Shown piece after piece: positions 48,587 to 56,919 of a stretch of DNA of 56,919 nt. Source of the stretch: Pseudomonas phage Phipami28; sequence record PV029746.1; one strand, written 5' to 3'. The notes beneath the pieces are model-generated. The model was not told where the DNA came from and made no database searches. It worked only from the letters and a program-made list of their open reading frames with translations. The stretch's first letter is position 1, and each line of letters opens with the position of its first letter. Position numbers and translations under genes: made by a program.

Positions 48587-50370
48587 TACGAGTTACCTCC
48601 CACAACGCGCAGCGCGGGCCGGCTGGACGCCGCCTGCAACTGCTCAACGATGCTGTCGAGCTGGTCCTCCAGTACTCCGTCGGGGTAGTTGGACTTGAGC
48701 CAGAGCATCGACTCGGGACTCCAGACGCAATCCAGCCGCGCTCGGAGGATCTTGGCGGCTGCCGGGTGGCTCAGTGGCTTGCTCTCGACGGTGGGCAACG
48801 TCACGTCGAGCTGCAGCTCGCTGCCCTTGCGTGGCATGAAGGTCGGCAACTGAGCGTCTTCGATGTGCTGGTAGGGCTTGAGCCTCCCGCCGAACGGAAT
48901 GGCCTTGGCCTTGCGTGCGGCCTGCTCTTCGGCATCGGTATCGACGCCCATGGCTAGGCGGGCCGCTTCCTTGCGAGCCTTCTGTGCAGGCGTCTCCGCA
49001 TGCGGCCGGAACTCCTCGCCGATCATGGGGGCGCGCACGTCGAAGCCGAAGTTGTCCTTCTCGATCCTCGGAATGACGTGGAAGACTTCATGGCCGTCCT
49101 GGTCGAAAGTGATCGCCTGGGCGGCATCGCTTTGCCAGGGGTTGCGGGTGATCATCAGCTTCTCGCCGTTCATCACGCCAGGTACGACCGAGACGTCGTA
49201 TTCGGTTCCCTGGAAGCTGACGCGCAGCTTGCTAGTGACCTTGCGGCTCTCCGGCTCGGCGATTGCCAACTGGCGGCATACTTCGACGCTGGGCGCTTTC
49301 ACCAACTGGTGCTCACGGATGCGCATCCAGGCCTCCGAGCGGGTCATCCCATGGCGGGAGTGCTTCTTCGCGGCGTTGAACCACGCGCGCCAGGTCTTGG
49401 CGGCAGCGTTCAGTTCGTCCAGATCGGCGACAGGCTGGAAGCGCAGTCCCGCCTCGAACTTGCGCTCGATGAGGTTCCGGGCGTTCTCCACCTGGCCAGT
49501 CACCCGCGCGGCACCGGGCTTGTGAACGATGACGCGGATGCGCAGCGCACGGCAAAGGTTCCTGGCCATGGCCGAGGTGTTGGCAGAACCTGGGTCCATC
49601 ATCAGAATCTTCGGCACGCCGTGCAGAATGTCGTTGCCACCGCGCTCCTGCATGGCGTCGATCAGCACATCACACAGGTTCTCGCCGCTCTCGGCCCCCA
49701 TGACGTACTTCAGGTAAATCCAGCCACTGGCGTGCTCGGTGATCTCGTACGACCAGACCCGGTTGGAGGCGATGCGGGCCACGTTCTTCGGCTTGTTCTT
49801 GTAGAACTGGTCATGCTCCATGACGCGCAGGCCGTTACCGTGCTCGTCGGCGCCGGGCTTGAGGTAATAAAGAACACACAGCGAGGCATCGATCTGCCAA
49901 ACGTGGTTGGGGTGGCAACTGCCCAGCTCCGTTACCGGAGCAGGCTGCAGCAATTGCTGGGGATGAACCCCGAAGCTGTAGAGAGCCCTGGATATCGCAC
50001 TGATGGACAGCGGCCGAATCTCGCCCGTGTCCTCGTCAACGACGTCCGCCCGGATCATCTTGCTGGCCCGTAGCGCTTCCACCGCATCCTCCAGGCTATA
50101 CAGGCGCTTTTCGTTGCGGCGCGCACTCTCCATCAGCGCGCTACTGATGGTCAGGGCATCTTCCCGGCTCAGGGCACTGGTGCCGGCGTCACTCCGGCGT
50201 TTGCGGGGCTTGCTGTCTGCGGTGACCTCCCTCAGCTTGCGGTAAAGCGTGGCGAGTGACATGTCGAGCCGCTGGGCCGTCGACTGGGCAATCTCTACGC
50301 GCTGCCCGCGTGGGGCGGCGCGAAGGGCGCGCTCCAGATCGACCAGGGCTTGAGTAATGACGGCGCTCAT
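48586..50370 (-). CDS. Mu-like DDE transposase A
   Basis: 594 aa. rve-like DDE core (HVWQIDAS...MMDPGSANTS). Followed by B. Typical size for B3/D3112 A proteins. Confidence 0.85.
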   Translation of the reverse strand: MSAVITQALVDLERALRAAPRGQRVEIAQSTAQRLDMSLATLYRKLREVTADSKPRKRRSDAGTSALSREDALTISSALMESARRNEKRLYSLEDAVEALRASKMIRADVVDEDTGEIRPLSISAISRALYSFGVHPQQLLQPAPVTELGSCHPNHVWQIDASLCVLYYLKPGADEHGNGLRVMEHDQFYKNKPKNVARIASNRVWSYEITEHASGWIYLKYVMGAESGENLCDVLIDAMQERGGNDILHGVPKILMMDPGSANTSAMARNLCRALRIRVIVHKPGAARVTGQVENARNLIERKFEAGLRFQPVADLDELNAAAKTWRAWFNAAKKHSRHGMTRSEAWMRIREHQLVKAPSVEVCRQLAIAEPESRKVTSKLRVSFQGTEYDVSVVPGVMNGEKLMITRNPWQSDAAQAITFDQDGHEVFHVIPRIEKDNFGFDVRAPMIGEEFRPHAETPAQKARKEAARLAMGVDTDAEEQAARKAKAIPFGGRLKPYQHIEDAQLPTFMPRKGSELQLDVTLPTVESKPLSHPAAAKILRARLDCVWSPESMLWLKSNYPDGVLEDQLDSIVEQLQAASSRPALRVVGGNS

Positions 50371-50373
50371 GGC

Positions 50374-51348
50374 TCAGTCCTCAGCCACGCCTGCAGGCTG
50401 GGACTTGCCCATTTGCTCGATCCAGCCGAATTCGCTGATGTCATCGGGGGCTTCGCCGTCGGGCAACTGGAACTCTTCGCGAATCTGCAGGAGCAGTTTT
50501 TCGAGGTGGCGCACCAGACCGGCCTGGAAGGTGCGGGGGTCGGTACCGGTCTTTTCGGCGTGGTCGAGCATGACGGAGAAGGCTTCGCGCAGCTTGCCGC
50601 TGATGTCGGCCTCGGCTTCGAAAGCGATCGCCGTTGCCTCCTGGCGAAGCTCTTTCTCGGCCTCATCCGCCTTCATGGTTTGGATGCGCCGCTTGGTCTT
50701 TTCCAGTTCGTGGACGGTTTCGTCCAGCTCGCGGGACTTGCGTGCCATGCGCTCGCCCAGGGCTTCGTTGTCCGCCCGTAGATCCTCGACCTGCTTCTCC
50801 AGGGCAGCCTTTTCCTTGGTGTGGGTGGCGATCAGTTCCTCGGCCAGGTACTCGACGGCGTCCTTGTTGCCCTGCTTGGCCGCTTCGATCAGGGCGCTAC
50901 GGGCGTCATCGGGCAGCTTTCGCCACTGGCGCAGCTCGCGGTAGCCGATGCCCATGCGGGACATGGATTCCAGGGCTTCTTCGCCGAAAGTGCGGAGGTT
51001 GGCGATATCCATGTTTGCCTTGTCGACAGAGATGCCGAGCAACGAGCAGAACTCGTCCCAAGTGCCAGAAAACTCCGAACCGTTCGGACTTTTCTTCCCG
51101 GCAATGGCACGGTAGAGCTTGTTTTCCTTGACGTAAGCGAGCTTGGAAGTCCGAACCGTTCGGGAAAATTCCTCGAACGCCCCTGCCATCTGCGCTTGGC
51201 CGAGCAGTTGGTTGACCAGGTCGCGCTCCTCATGCATGCCCTGGGCAATGTCGCCCAGCATGGTCAGCGCGCCTGCCTCGGCCTGGTACGCCTGCTGGTT
51301 GACTTCAGGTATGGGTTCCACTTTCACGGGGGATGCTTTACGGGCCAT
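50374..51348 (-). CDS. Hypothetical coiled-coil early protein
   Basis: 324 aa. Confidence 0.4.
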   Translation of the reverse strand: MARKASPVKVEPIPEVNQQAYQAEAGALTMLGDIAQGMHEERDLVNQLLGQAQMAGAFEEFSRTVRTSKLAYVKENKLYRAIAGKKSPNGSEFSGTWDEFCSLLGISVDKANMDIANLRTFGEEALESMSRMGIGYRELRQWRKLPDDARSALIEAAKQGNKDAVEYLAEELIATHTKEKAALEKQVEDLRADNEALGERMARKSRELDETVHELEKTKRRIQTMKADEAEKELRQEATAIAFEAEADISGKLREAFSVMLDHAEKTGTDPRTFQAGLVRHLEKLLLQIREEFQLPDGEAPDDISEFGWIEQMGKSQPAGVAED

Positions 51349-51357
51349 GGGATTTCC

Positions 51358-51672
51358 TTAGTTCGGGAGACGGGTGTAGCGTTGGCGACGCTCGTTGAGT
51401 TCGTCCTGGCCGCGGCGCAGGGCTTCGTCGAATCCAAAGGCCACCTGGACCAGGCGCGGTCCGAGCAGCCAGCGCTTGTCGTCATGCGGGCTGCGGTCGG
51501 CCAAGCCGGCGATGCGCAGGTTTTCCAGGGCGCGCAGGGCGGCGCTGGCGTCGCACTCGGCGGCGACCGCCACCTCCTTCAGCAGCAGCCCCCGGAATTC
51601 GTTGGCGGCGAGGGCCAGCATGACCCGTAGGGTTCGCTGGACCTGCTCGGAGCGGTATTTTTCGGTGCTCAT
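51358..51672 (-). CDS. Small putative DNA-binding early protein
   Basis: 104 aa from MSTEKYRSEQ. Confidence 0.3.
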   Translation of the reverse strand: MSTEKYRSEQVQRTLRVMLALAANEFRGLLLKEVAVAAECDASAALRALENLRIAGLADRSPHDDKRWLLGPRLVQVAFGFDEALRRGQDELNERRQRYTRLPN

Positions 51673-51944
51673 GCGCAGCGCTCCATCGGGATGACGACCA
51701 AGGCGCCGGACTGGGTGATAGCGGCTTGGCCACCGGTGGCCTCCGCCAGTTGCTGGTGGAGATGCTGGGCCTCGTTGCACCACCCTTCGGCACATTCCTC
51801 CATGCGGGTCAGTTCGGTGCGCAGGTACTCGTTCTCTTCGGCAAGGCGCGCAGCTTCGATGCAGAGCTGCTCATAGGCTTGCTCGTCCAGGCGCTGCAGC
51901 AGCGCCTGCAGGTTGATGGACTCACTCATCGTCAGCCACTCCAA
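51669..51944 (-). CDS. Hypothetical early protein
   Basis: 91 aa, coiled-coil. Confidence 0.3.
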   Translation of the reverse strand: MEWLTMSESINLQALLQRLDEQAYEQLCIEAARLAEENEYLRTELTRMEECAEGWCNEAQHLHQQLAEATGGQAAITQSGALVVIPMERCA

Positions 51945-52410
51945 AGTCCAGTTGCGGGGTTTCTGCCTGGGCGACGTTGCCGTGGTGCCAAGCGAGGGAT
52001 TCGAGGCCGGCGCGGATGGCGTCCAGGGTCTGTTCGGCGGTTTGCTTGCCGTCGTAGAAGGCCATCAGCGCGCCGGTGGCGTTGTGCAGCACGCCCTGCA
52101 GTTGCTGCAGGTCGTTGGCGTTGCAGGCCTTGCCAACCGGGATGTCGACCAGGAGCTTGCCGTGAGCGGCGGCCAGGTAGCGGGTGATCAGCGGCAGGCC
52201 GCAGGCTTTCTCCAATGACAGCACCATGGTCAACGGCAGGCGGCCATTGCCCATCCATTTGTAGAGGGTGCTGGCGTTGTTCTGGCACAGATGGTCTGTG
52301 GCAAGCCGCTCGATCCCGCGGTTGTAGCGCTGCATGGCCAACTGCGCACAGCCGTCCAGCGCTTCGGCCGGCGAGCGCGGCACCCAGTGCTTCCAATTCC
52401 GGCGCTTCAT
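51922..52410 (-). CDS. HTH regulatory protein (CII-like?)
   Basis: 162 aa from MKRRNWKHW. HTH-like segment TLYKWMGNGRLPLTMVLSLEKACGLP. Confidence 0.35.
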   Translation of the reverse strand: MKRRNWKHWVPRSPAEALDGCAQLAMQRYNRGIERLATDHLCQNNASTLYKWMGNGRLPLTMVLSLEKACGLPLITRYLAAAHGKLLVDIPVGKACNANDLQQLQGVLHNATGALMAFYDGKQTAEQTLDAIRAGLESLAWHHGNVAQAETPQLDFGVADDE

Positions 52411-52537
52411 TGGATGGTGCTCCAGAAGCCCCAGTAGTCGTCGTCCAAACAAATAGCTGTTTTCACCATTGGCAAAGCCATTGCGACAACGCCAGCCTGA
52501 TGGGGTACATTCACCCTCGTCGGAGAGACAGACATGA

Positions 52538-53029
52538 CTACCCCCGATCACCTGGTTCTTGATGCGTCGATGCGCTCGGCGTTTGTTGCCCTGGCACGTC
52601 GTCTGGCAATTGATCACGGCCTTGACCTGCAAGGTCTTGCCTGTGACCTGGAGACGCTGGCTGACGCGCAGTCGGGCGAGACATGGCAGATGCCGCATCG
52701 GGATCTGGCTGGTGTGCTGCGGTATGTTGCCGAGCGTGCTCAAGCAGGCGGAAGCTGATCTGGTGGGCCTCTTCGCGGCTCATGCGATGGTTGAGCAGCC
52801 GACCTGCGCTGATGAGCATCAGGCGATCGATCAGGCGCTCGGCGCCTGGCGATGCTACGGTCCGGTCCACCAACAGGAGGCTGCTCTGGTGAGCATCGGC
52901 CAGGTGCCAGGCGATGTCCGAAGTATCACCAGGGGCGCAGGCGATCAGAGCATCGAGCGCGGCGCGCCAGGTGTCCATCGGAGCGGGAGTCAGGTCGATG
53001 TGCTCGACCGGCGGCTGAAAGCGAGGCAT
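52538..53029 (-). CDS. Hypothetical early protein with low-complexity C-terminus
   Basis: 163 aa. First ~95 aa look globular. The remainder is Pro/Ala/Gln-rich, and a possibly spurious antisense ORF lies at 52534-52758. Confidence 0.3.
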   Translation of the reverse strand: MPRFQPPVEHIDLTPAPMDTWRAALDALIACAPGDTSDIAWHLADAHQSSLLLVDRTVASPGAERLIDRLMLISAGRLLNHRMSREEAHQISFRLLEHARQHTAAHQPDPDAASAMSRPTARQPASPGHRQDLAGQGRDQLPDDVPGQQTPSASTHQEPGDRG

Positions 53030-53042
53030 GGCTGTACTCCTC

Positions 53043-53270
53043 TCAGGCGGCGAGTTGCTCGACGGAGAGCTTCATGCCGAGCTTCAGGGCGATTTCATGG
53101 GAGGTGCCGCGGCGGCCTTTGAACTGGCCGTTGATGACCATGTACACCTGGTGACGGGGATAGCCGTTGGCCTCGGCCCAGGCCGAGATCGTTATACCGG
53201 CGGCGCGGAAGAGTTCCTTAACGCGCTCGCCGGTGTACGGCGTGCGAGTGGGGAGCGGATACGGGACGTT
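53043..53270 (-). CDS. ner: Ner-like DNA-binding protein (Mu Ner / Nlp family)
   Basis: 76 aa from MNVPYPL. GRRGTSHEIALKLGM resembles the Ner/Nlp HTH region. Divergent from the repressor gene, first gene of the early operon. Confidence 0.55.
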   Translation of the reverse strand, partial: NVPYPLPTRTPYTGERVKELFRAAGITISAWAEANGYPRHQVYMVINGQFKGRRGTSHEIALKLGMKLSVEQLAA

Positions 53271-53346
53271 CATGACGGGGTTCCTATCTGCTGAAAGATT
53301 GCTAATAAACCAATGCATGTGCAGTGCTTTGGTGTGAATTGATATT

Positions 53347-53378
53347 GGGACATCAAAGTCCCATAGTCAAGGGACTTT
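53347..53378 (+). promoter_or_regulatory. Overlapping palindromic operator candidates in the repressor/ner divergent region
   Basis: GGGACatcaaaGTCCC and AAAGTCCCatagtcaaGGGACTTT, ending 2 nt before the repressor ATG. Confidence 0.4.
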
Positions 53379-53379
53379 T

Positions 53380-53718
53380 ATGCCTCAAAACATCGGGGAT
53401 CGGATCCGACAAATACGCGGTGGACTAGGTGTGGGGGAGTTTGCGGAGCGCCTTGGGGTGAATCGCAAAACTGTTGCGCGCTGGGAAAGCAATGAGGCGC
53501 TGCCTGACGGAGCATCACTTCTAACGTTGCATAGCTGTTTCGGGGCTGATCCTGGCTGGATTCTGACCGGAGGAGGAGCGCAGCCTAGTCCCGCTGAGCT
53601 AGCACCTGACGAGCGCATCCTGCTGGACAACTACCGGCATAGCCCGCCCGACGCTCAGGCCGCACTCAAGGCGACGAGCGATGCGTTCGCGCGTCGCACT
53701 GGTAAGAAAGCAGGATGA
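53380..53718 (+). CDS. XRE-family HTH repressor (phage c repressor-like)
   Basis: IRQIRGGLGVGEFAERLGVNRKTVARWESNEALPDGASLLTL, a Cro/C1-type HTH. Divergent from the early operon. Confidence 0.6.
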   Translation: MPQNIGDRIRQIRGGLGVGEFAERLGVNRKTVARWESNEALPDGASLLTLHSCFGADPGWILTGGGAQPSPAELAPDERILLDNYRHSPPDAQAALKATSDAFARRTGKKAG

Positions 53719-53734
53719 TGAATAAGGGGGAGGA

Positions 53735-54238
53735 ATGGATTTCAAAGTACTGCTTGGGGCAGTGATGTTGGTCAGCCTATCGGTGGCCGGATGCTCCACG
53801 AAAAACTATGGCCGACAGCCGGAACTGACTGACTTCGAACGGCAGACCATGAGCTGCCGCGAGATTGACCTGGAACAGGCCAAGGTTCAGGGCTTCCTGA
53901 CCCACGTGCGTGAGGAGAGCGAGTTCGACGGACGCTCGGTGCTGTCTTTCCTGGGCGACTTCGGGATCGGCAACCTGATGGAGAAGGACGCAGCAGTCGA
54001 CAGTGCCAATCAGCGCCTGACCCAGTTGGCAGGTGCCAAGATGCAGCGCGGCTGCACCTATGCCTATGAGGCTGAGGCCCCAGCTCAGCAGCCGTACGCG
54101 CCACCACGCGCCTATGCCCCAGACGGGCCCGCATCAGCTTCTGCGCGTTCTGTCGACGCCCAGCTCGACGAGCTGAACCGTATGCAATTGCCCTACGAGG
54201 AGTACCAGCGGCGATACCGAGAAATTACGGGGCAATAA
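53735..54238 (+). CDS. Prophage-encoded lipoprotein (moron; superinfection-exclusion candidate)
   Basis: Signal peptide with lipobox LSVAGC. 167 aa. Directly downstream of the repressor on the same strand. Confidence 0.5.
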   Translation: MDFKVLLGAVMLVSLSVAGCSTKNYGRQPELTDFERQTMSCREIDLEQAKVQGFLTHVREESEFDGRSVLSFLGDFGIGNLMEKDAAVDSANQRLTQLAGAKMQRGCTYAYEAEAPAQQPYAPPRAYAPDGPASASARSVDAQLDELNRMQLPYEEYQRRYREITGQ

Positions 54239-54389
54239 AAACGGAACGCCAAGGCGGCGAATTTCCCTCGGATTGGTTTTCGCTCCTTCCAAAATACACT
54301 CTGCTCCCCCGTGGGGATGATCGTCACACCTGCTTGCAGGTAGGACCTTCAGTCAGGCCAAGGATGGCCGCCCCATCGGGAGCATCGTT

Positions 54390-54686
54390 ATGTCATCGCC
54401 GCAACCCCGGCGCCGCCGCGCGCCGCGTATGACCAGCTGGACGCTGGTCACCCTCGTCCTGCTGATCATCCTCGCCGCGATTCGCCCGGAGCAGCTCCAG
54501 GTCGTCGCCTACAAACTTGTCCTAGTGACCCTGGGCGCGGTGGCCGGTTACTGGATCGATCGCAGCCTGTTTCCCTACGTGGCTCGCCCGCATGAGTGCT
54601 CAGCCAATCTGGTTGTCGTGGGCGCCTGGCTGCGCCGTGGGCTGATCGTACTGGCTTGCATCCTCGGCCTGACGCTGGGGCTCTGA
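54390..54686 (+). CDS. Holin-like membrane protein (3 predicted TM helices)
   Basis: 98 aa, Arg-rich N-terminus then three hydrophobic helices. Upstream of the endolysin. Confidence 0.4.
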   Translation: MSSPQPRRRRAPRMTSWTLVTLVLLIILAAIRPEQLQVVAYKLVLVTLGAVAGYWIDRSLFPYVARPHECSANLVVVGAWLRRGLIVLACILGLTLGL

Positions 54687-54688
54687 CC

Positions 54689-54847
54689 ATGGGCGCCCCG
54701 CAAATCATCTGGATCGTGCTGGCCGCTGTGGTCCTGGTTACGTCCTATGCGTGCGATGGCCTCACCAACGTGATCAGCTTCAAGCAGCGCGTGTTCGACG
54801 TGATCGCGATGACGGCCCTGGTGTGGTGGGGAGGCTTCTTCGGATGA
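54689..54847 (+). CDS. Small holin/antiholin-like membrane protein (2 TM)
   Basis: ATG at 54689, 52 aa. ATGA-coupled to the endolysin start. Confidence 0.35.
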   Translation: MGAPQIIWIVLAAVVLVTSYACDGLTNVISFKQRVFDVIAMTALVWWGGFFG

Positions 54848-55473
54848 AGCGCCTGCTCACCCTCGGCCTGCTGGGCCTGCTGAGCGCCTGCCAGCCGGCC
54901 TTCGCGACGGATCGCATCCCCACTGCCGCCGAGCAGTACCGGCGCACCCTGGTGCGCAGCGCCCATGCTGAATGGGGCCTGTCGGCACCGATCGCCACCT
55001 TTGCCGCACAGGTTCACCAAGAAAGCCGTTGGCGTGCTGATGCCCGCTCGCCTGTTGGTGCCCAGGGTCTGGCGCAGTTCATGCCCGGAACCGCGGAGTG
55101 GATCGCCGGCCTGTATCCGGCCGCCCTCGGCACCAATCAGCCGTTCAATCCTGGCTGGGCACTGCGCGCGCTGGTCACCTACGACCGTTGGCTCTACGAC
55201 CGAAACCAGGCCTCCAGCGAGTGTGATCGCTGGGCATTCGTACTGTCCGCTTACAACGGCGGCCAGGGGTGGGTAAATCGCGACCGTAGGCTGGCCTCGG
55301 CATCCGGCGCCGACCAGCTGGCCTGGTTCGATTCCGTCGAGCGCTTCAACGCCGGGCGCTCGGCCGCCAACTTCCGCGAGAACCGCAACTACCCGCGCCT
55401 CATCCTGCTTCGCTATGAGCGGATCTACCTGCAGTGGGGCGACGGCGTGTGCGGAGAGAGGTACACCCTGTGA
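54844..55473 (+). CDS. Lytic transglycosylase (SLT-domain endolysin) with signal/lipobox-like N-terminus
   Basis: QESRW catalytic Glu motif and GLAQFMPGTA SLT signature. N-terminus MKRLLTLGLLGLLSAC. Confidence 0.7.
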   Translation: MKRLLTLGLLGLLSACQPAFATDRIPTAAEQYRRTLVRSAHAEWGLSAPIATFAAQVHQESRWRADARSPVGAQGLAQFMPGTAEWIAGLYPAALGTNQPFNPGWALRALVTYDRWLYDRNQASSECDRWAFVLSAYNGGQGWVNRDRRLASASGADQLAWFDSVERFNAGRSAANFRENRNYPRLILLRYERIYLQWGDGVCGERYTL

Positions 55474-55674
55474 GACTGTCCTCCAGCATCACCTTGGCTC
55501 TGAACGTTACCTACCTCGACCTGGCGGTGATTCAGCGGCTGTTCGCAGGCAGTCGCGACTTCCTACCGGCACCTGAGCTGTATTGCTCGCCAGTGCCGCG
55601 CGAGCGGCATGGTAAGTCCGGTGTGGCTCGGGCAAAACGCAAGGCGCGCAAGTACCGTCGGCAAAGGGGGCTCC

Positions 55675-56298
55675 ATGGGCATCCTTAGTCTCCTGCGCTC
55701 CAACTGGTTCTGGATCGCGCTGATTGCGGTGCTGTACAGCGTAGCTGTAGTGATCCACGGCTCCGCAAGCTACGACCGTGGGTACGCCACCGCTCGCGCC
55801 GAAGGTGACGCAGCGCTGCTCAATCTGCAGCTGCAGCATTCCAACGAGCTGGCCAAGATCGCTGAGGACAACCTCCTGCAGTTCCAGCAGCAGGTCACTC
55901 GCGCGAATCAGGCGGAAGCGCGATTCCTGTCAGCCCAGGACCAGTTCACTGCCCTCCAGCAACAGCTATCGGAGCGTATCGCCCATGTCTCGACTCAATA
56001 CCGGCCGGCACCAGGTGCTTCCCCTGTGCCTGCTCCTCGCTTCGTTGTCACTTGCGGCTGGCTGCGGGACTACAACCACGCCCTCGGCGCCGATCTGCCC
56101 TCCCCAGCAGCCTGCAGAACTGCCGCCAGCCCTCAAGAAACGGCCTGGCCCGCCTCCGGCGCTGACGCCGAACTACTGGAAAGCGGTGTCAGCGCGGCTG
56201 ACATCCTGGCCCATGCCCGCGATTACGGGAAATGGTCTCTCACCAACCTGGCGCAACTGAATGCGCTGCTCGATGTAAACGACAAGGAAACTCACTGA
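55675..56298 (+). CDS. i-spanin (Rz-like)
   Basis: N-terminal TM WFWIALIAVLYSVAVVI, coiled-coil periplasmic domain. Embedded +1-frame lipoprotein ORF. Confidence 0.5.
   Translation: MGILSLLRSNWFWIALIAVLYSVAVVIHGSASYDRGYATARAEGDAALLNLQLQHSNELAKIAEDNLLQFQQQVTRANQAEARFLSAQDQFTALQQQLSERIAHVSTQYRPAPGASPVPAPRFVVTCGWLRDYNHALGADLPSPAACRTAASPQETAWPASGADAELLESGVSAADILAHARDYGKWSLTNLAQLNALLDVNDKETH
55985..56260 (+). CDS. o-spanin (Rz1-like) embedded in Rz in the +1 frame
   Basis: MSRLNTGRHQVLPLCLLLASLSLAAGC lipobox signal, then a Pro-rich mature segment. Entirely within the Rz ORF. Confidence 0.5.
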   Translation: MSRLNTGRHQVLPLCLLLASLSLAAGCGTTTTPSAPICPPQQPAELPPALKKRPGPPPALTPNYWKAVSARLTSWPMPAITGNGLSPTWRN

Positions 56299-56618
56299 TG
56301 GACTTGGACTTCGTGCTGCGCGCCGGCCAGTTCGTATTCACCGCGGCGGTGGGCCTGTACTCGCTGGCTGCTGCGCGTCGTTCCAGCTCCAAGGCCGAGG
56401 CCGAACACCTGACGAATCGGCTCTCATCCCAGGACAACCGACTTCTCACCCTGGAGCAGCAGATGCTCCACCTGCCGGACAGCCAGCAGTTGTCGGAGCT
56501 GGCCGGCGACATGAAAGCCATGCGCGCCGAGCTGTCGGGGTTGGCCAAAGCGCTGGACCCTTTGACTCGCTCGGTTGATCGCATCAATGACTACCTGCTC
56601 AGCGAGAGACGCCCATGA
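56298..56618 (+). CDS. Mu gp25-like protein (DUF2730-like)
   Basis: ATG at 56298 overlapping the Rz stop (ATGA). N-terminal TM, coiled-coil. Position before the gp26/gp27-like genes. Confidence 0.4.
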   Translation: MDLDFVLRAGQFVFTAAVGLYSLAAARRSSSKAEAEHLTNRLSSQDNRLLTLEQQMLHLPDSQQLSELAGDMKAMRAELSGLAKALDPLTRSVDRINDYLLSERRP

Positions 56619-56917
56619 CTAGCAACTACTCCGATTTCATCAGCCAGGACCGCCGCCTGGTGATCCTGCGCATCCTTGCGGAAATGCCGACCTACCAGGC
56701 CAATAGCTCGGTACTGCACGCCGTCCTGAGCCAGTGGGGGCATGACCCCAGTCGCGACCAGGTGAAGGGCGAGTTGCGCTGGCTGGAGGAGCAGCAACTG
56801 GTGAAGATCGAGGACGTCAGCAACGGCGCAGTGCTGGTCGCGAAGCTGACTGAGCGCGGCGCCGACGTGGCCGCCGGCCGCGCCCGAGTGGACGGCGTGA
56901 AGCGTCCGGGAGCCTGA
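56615..56917 (+). CDS. Mu gp26-like protein
   Basis: 100 aa. The window ends 2 nt after its stop. In Mu-like genomes the next gene is the DUF3486 gene. Confidence 0.4.
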   Translation: MTSNYSDFISQDRRLVILRILAEMPTYQANSSVLHAVLSQWGHDPSRDQVKGELRWLEEQQLVKIEDVSNGAVLVAKLTERGADVAAGRARVDGVKRPGA

Positions 56918-56919
56918 CC

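Larger units (their letters stand above)
41856..56919 (-). mobile_element. Partial B3/Mu-like transposable prophage (left end, early region on - strand, immunity, lysis, first packaging-region genes on + strand); continues beyond the window
   Basis: Mor, GemA-like, DUF3164, B, DDE transposase A and Ner-like on the - strand. Divergent XRE repressor, then holins, SLT endolysin, Rz/Rz1 and gp25/gp26-like genes on the + strand. Confidence 0.6.

Noticed and set aside
52534-52758. Plus-strand 74-aa ORF antisense to the early-operon gene 52538-53029
   Set aside because: It opposes the transcription direction of the whole early operon and fully overlaps the minus-strand gene. It may instead reflect a frameshifted or disordered C-terminus of that gene.
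1-56919. Interpretation that the window is one wrapped prophage
   Set aside because: The flanking genes differ (rhs vs methyltransferase-like gene) and no 5-bp target duplication is shared between the two junctions. Two independent insertions fit better, although the arrangement is still flagged as a finding.

Overview
High-GC (~65%) Pseudomonas-like chromosomal window built from three blocks. (1) 1-~24.57 kb is the late (head, siphovirus-type tail, com/dam) region of a B3/Mu-like transposable prophage on the + strand. It ends in a Mu com-like zinc-finger gene overlapping a Dam-family methylase (mom position), and its right junction falls inside an rhs gene. (2) 24.57-41.86 kb is host DNA. 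It holds the 3' part of the interrupted rhs gene with a low-GC C-terminal toxin tip and an adjacent small putative immunity gene, degraded gpV-like phage tail fragments, a GNAT acetyltransferase, an integrase-less P4/PICI-like island, an SDR dehydrogenase, a DUF502 membrane protein and a polar amino-acid ABC transporter (ATPase, binding protein, two permeases). The island carries AlpA, a CHC2 zinc-finger primase module, a DUF3631 protein and a low-GC 300-aa cargo ORF sitting in the integrase position beside a tRNA 3'-end fragment. (3) ~41.86-56.92 kb is the left/early part of a second B3-like transposable prophage. Mor, a GemA-like gene, DUF3164, transposition protein B, DDE transposase A and a Ner-like gene run on the - strand. 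The c repressor, a lipoprotein, holins, an SLT endolysin, Rz with embedded Rz1 and gp25/gp26-like genes run on the + strand. This prophage is inserted into a truncated SAM-methyltransferase-like host gene. The last genes of the window (gp25/gp26-like) are exactly the ones that would precede the first gene of the window (DUF3486) in one phage genome, so the two partial prophages are complementary halves of the same phage type. Family and product names are from memory of signature motifs; no searches were run.
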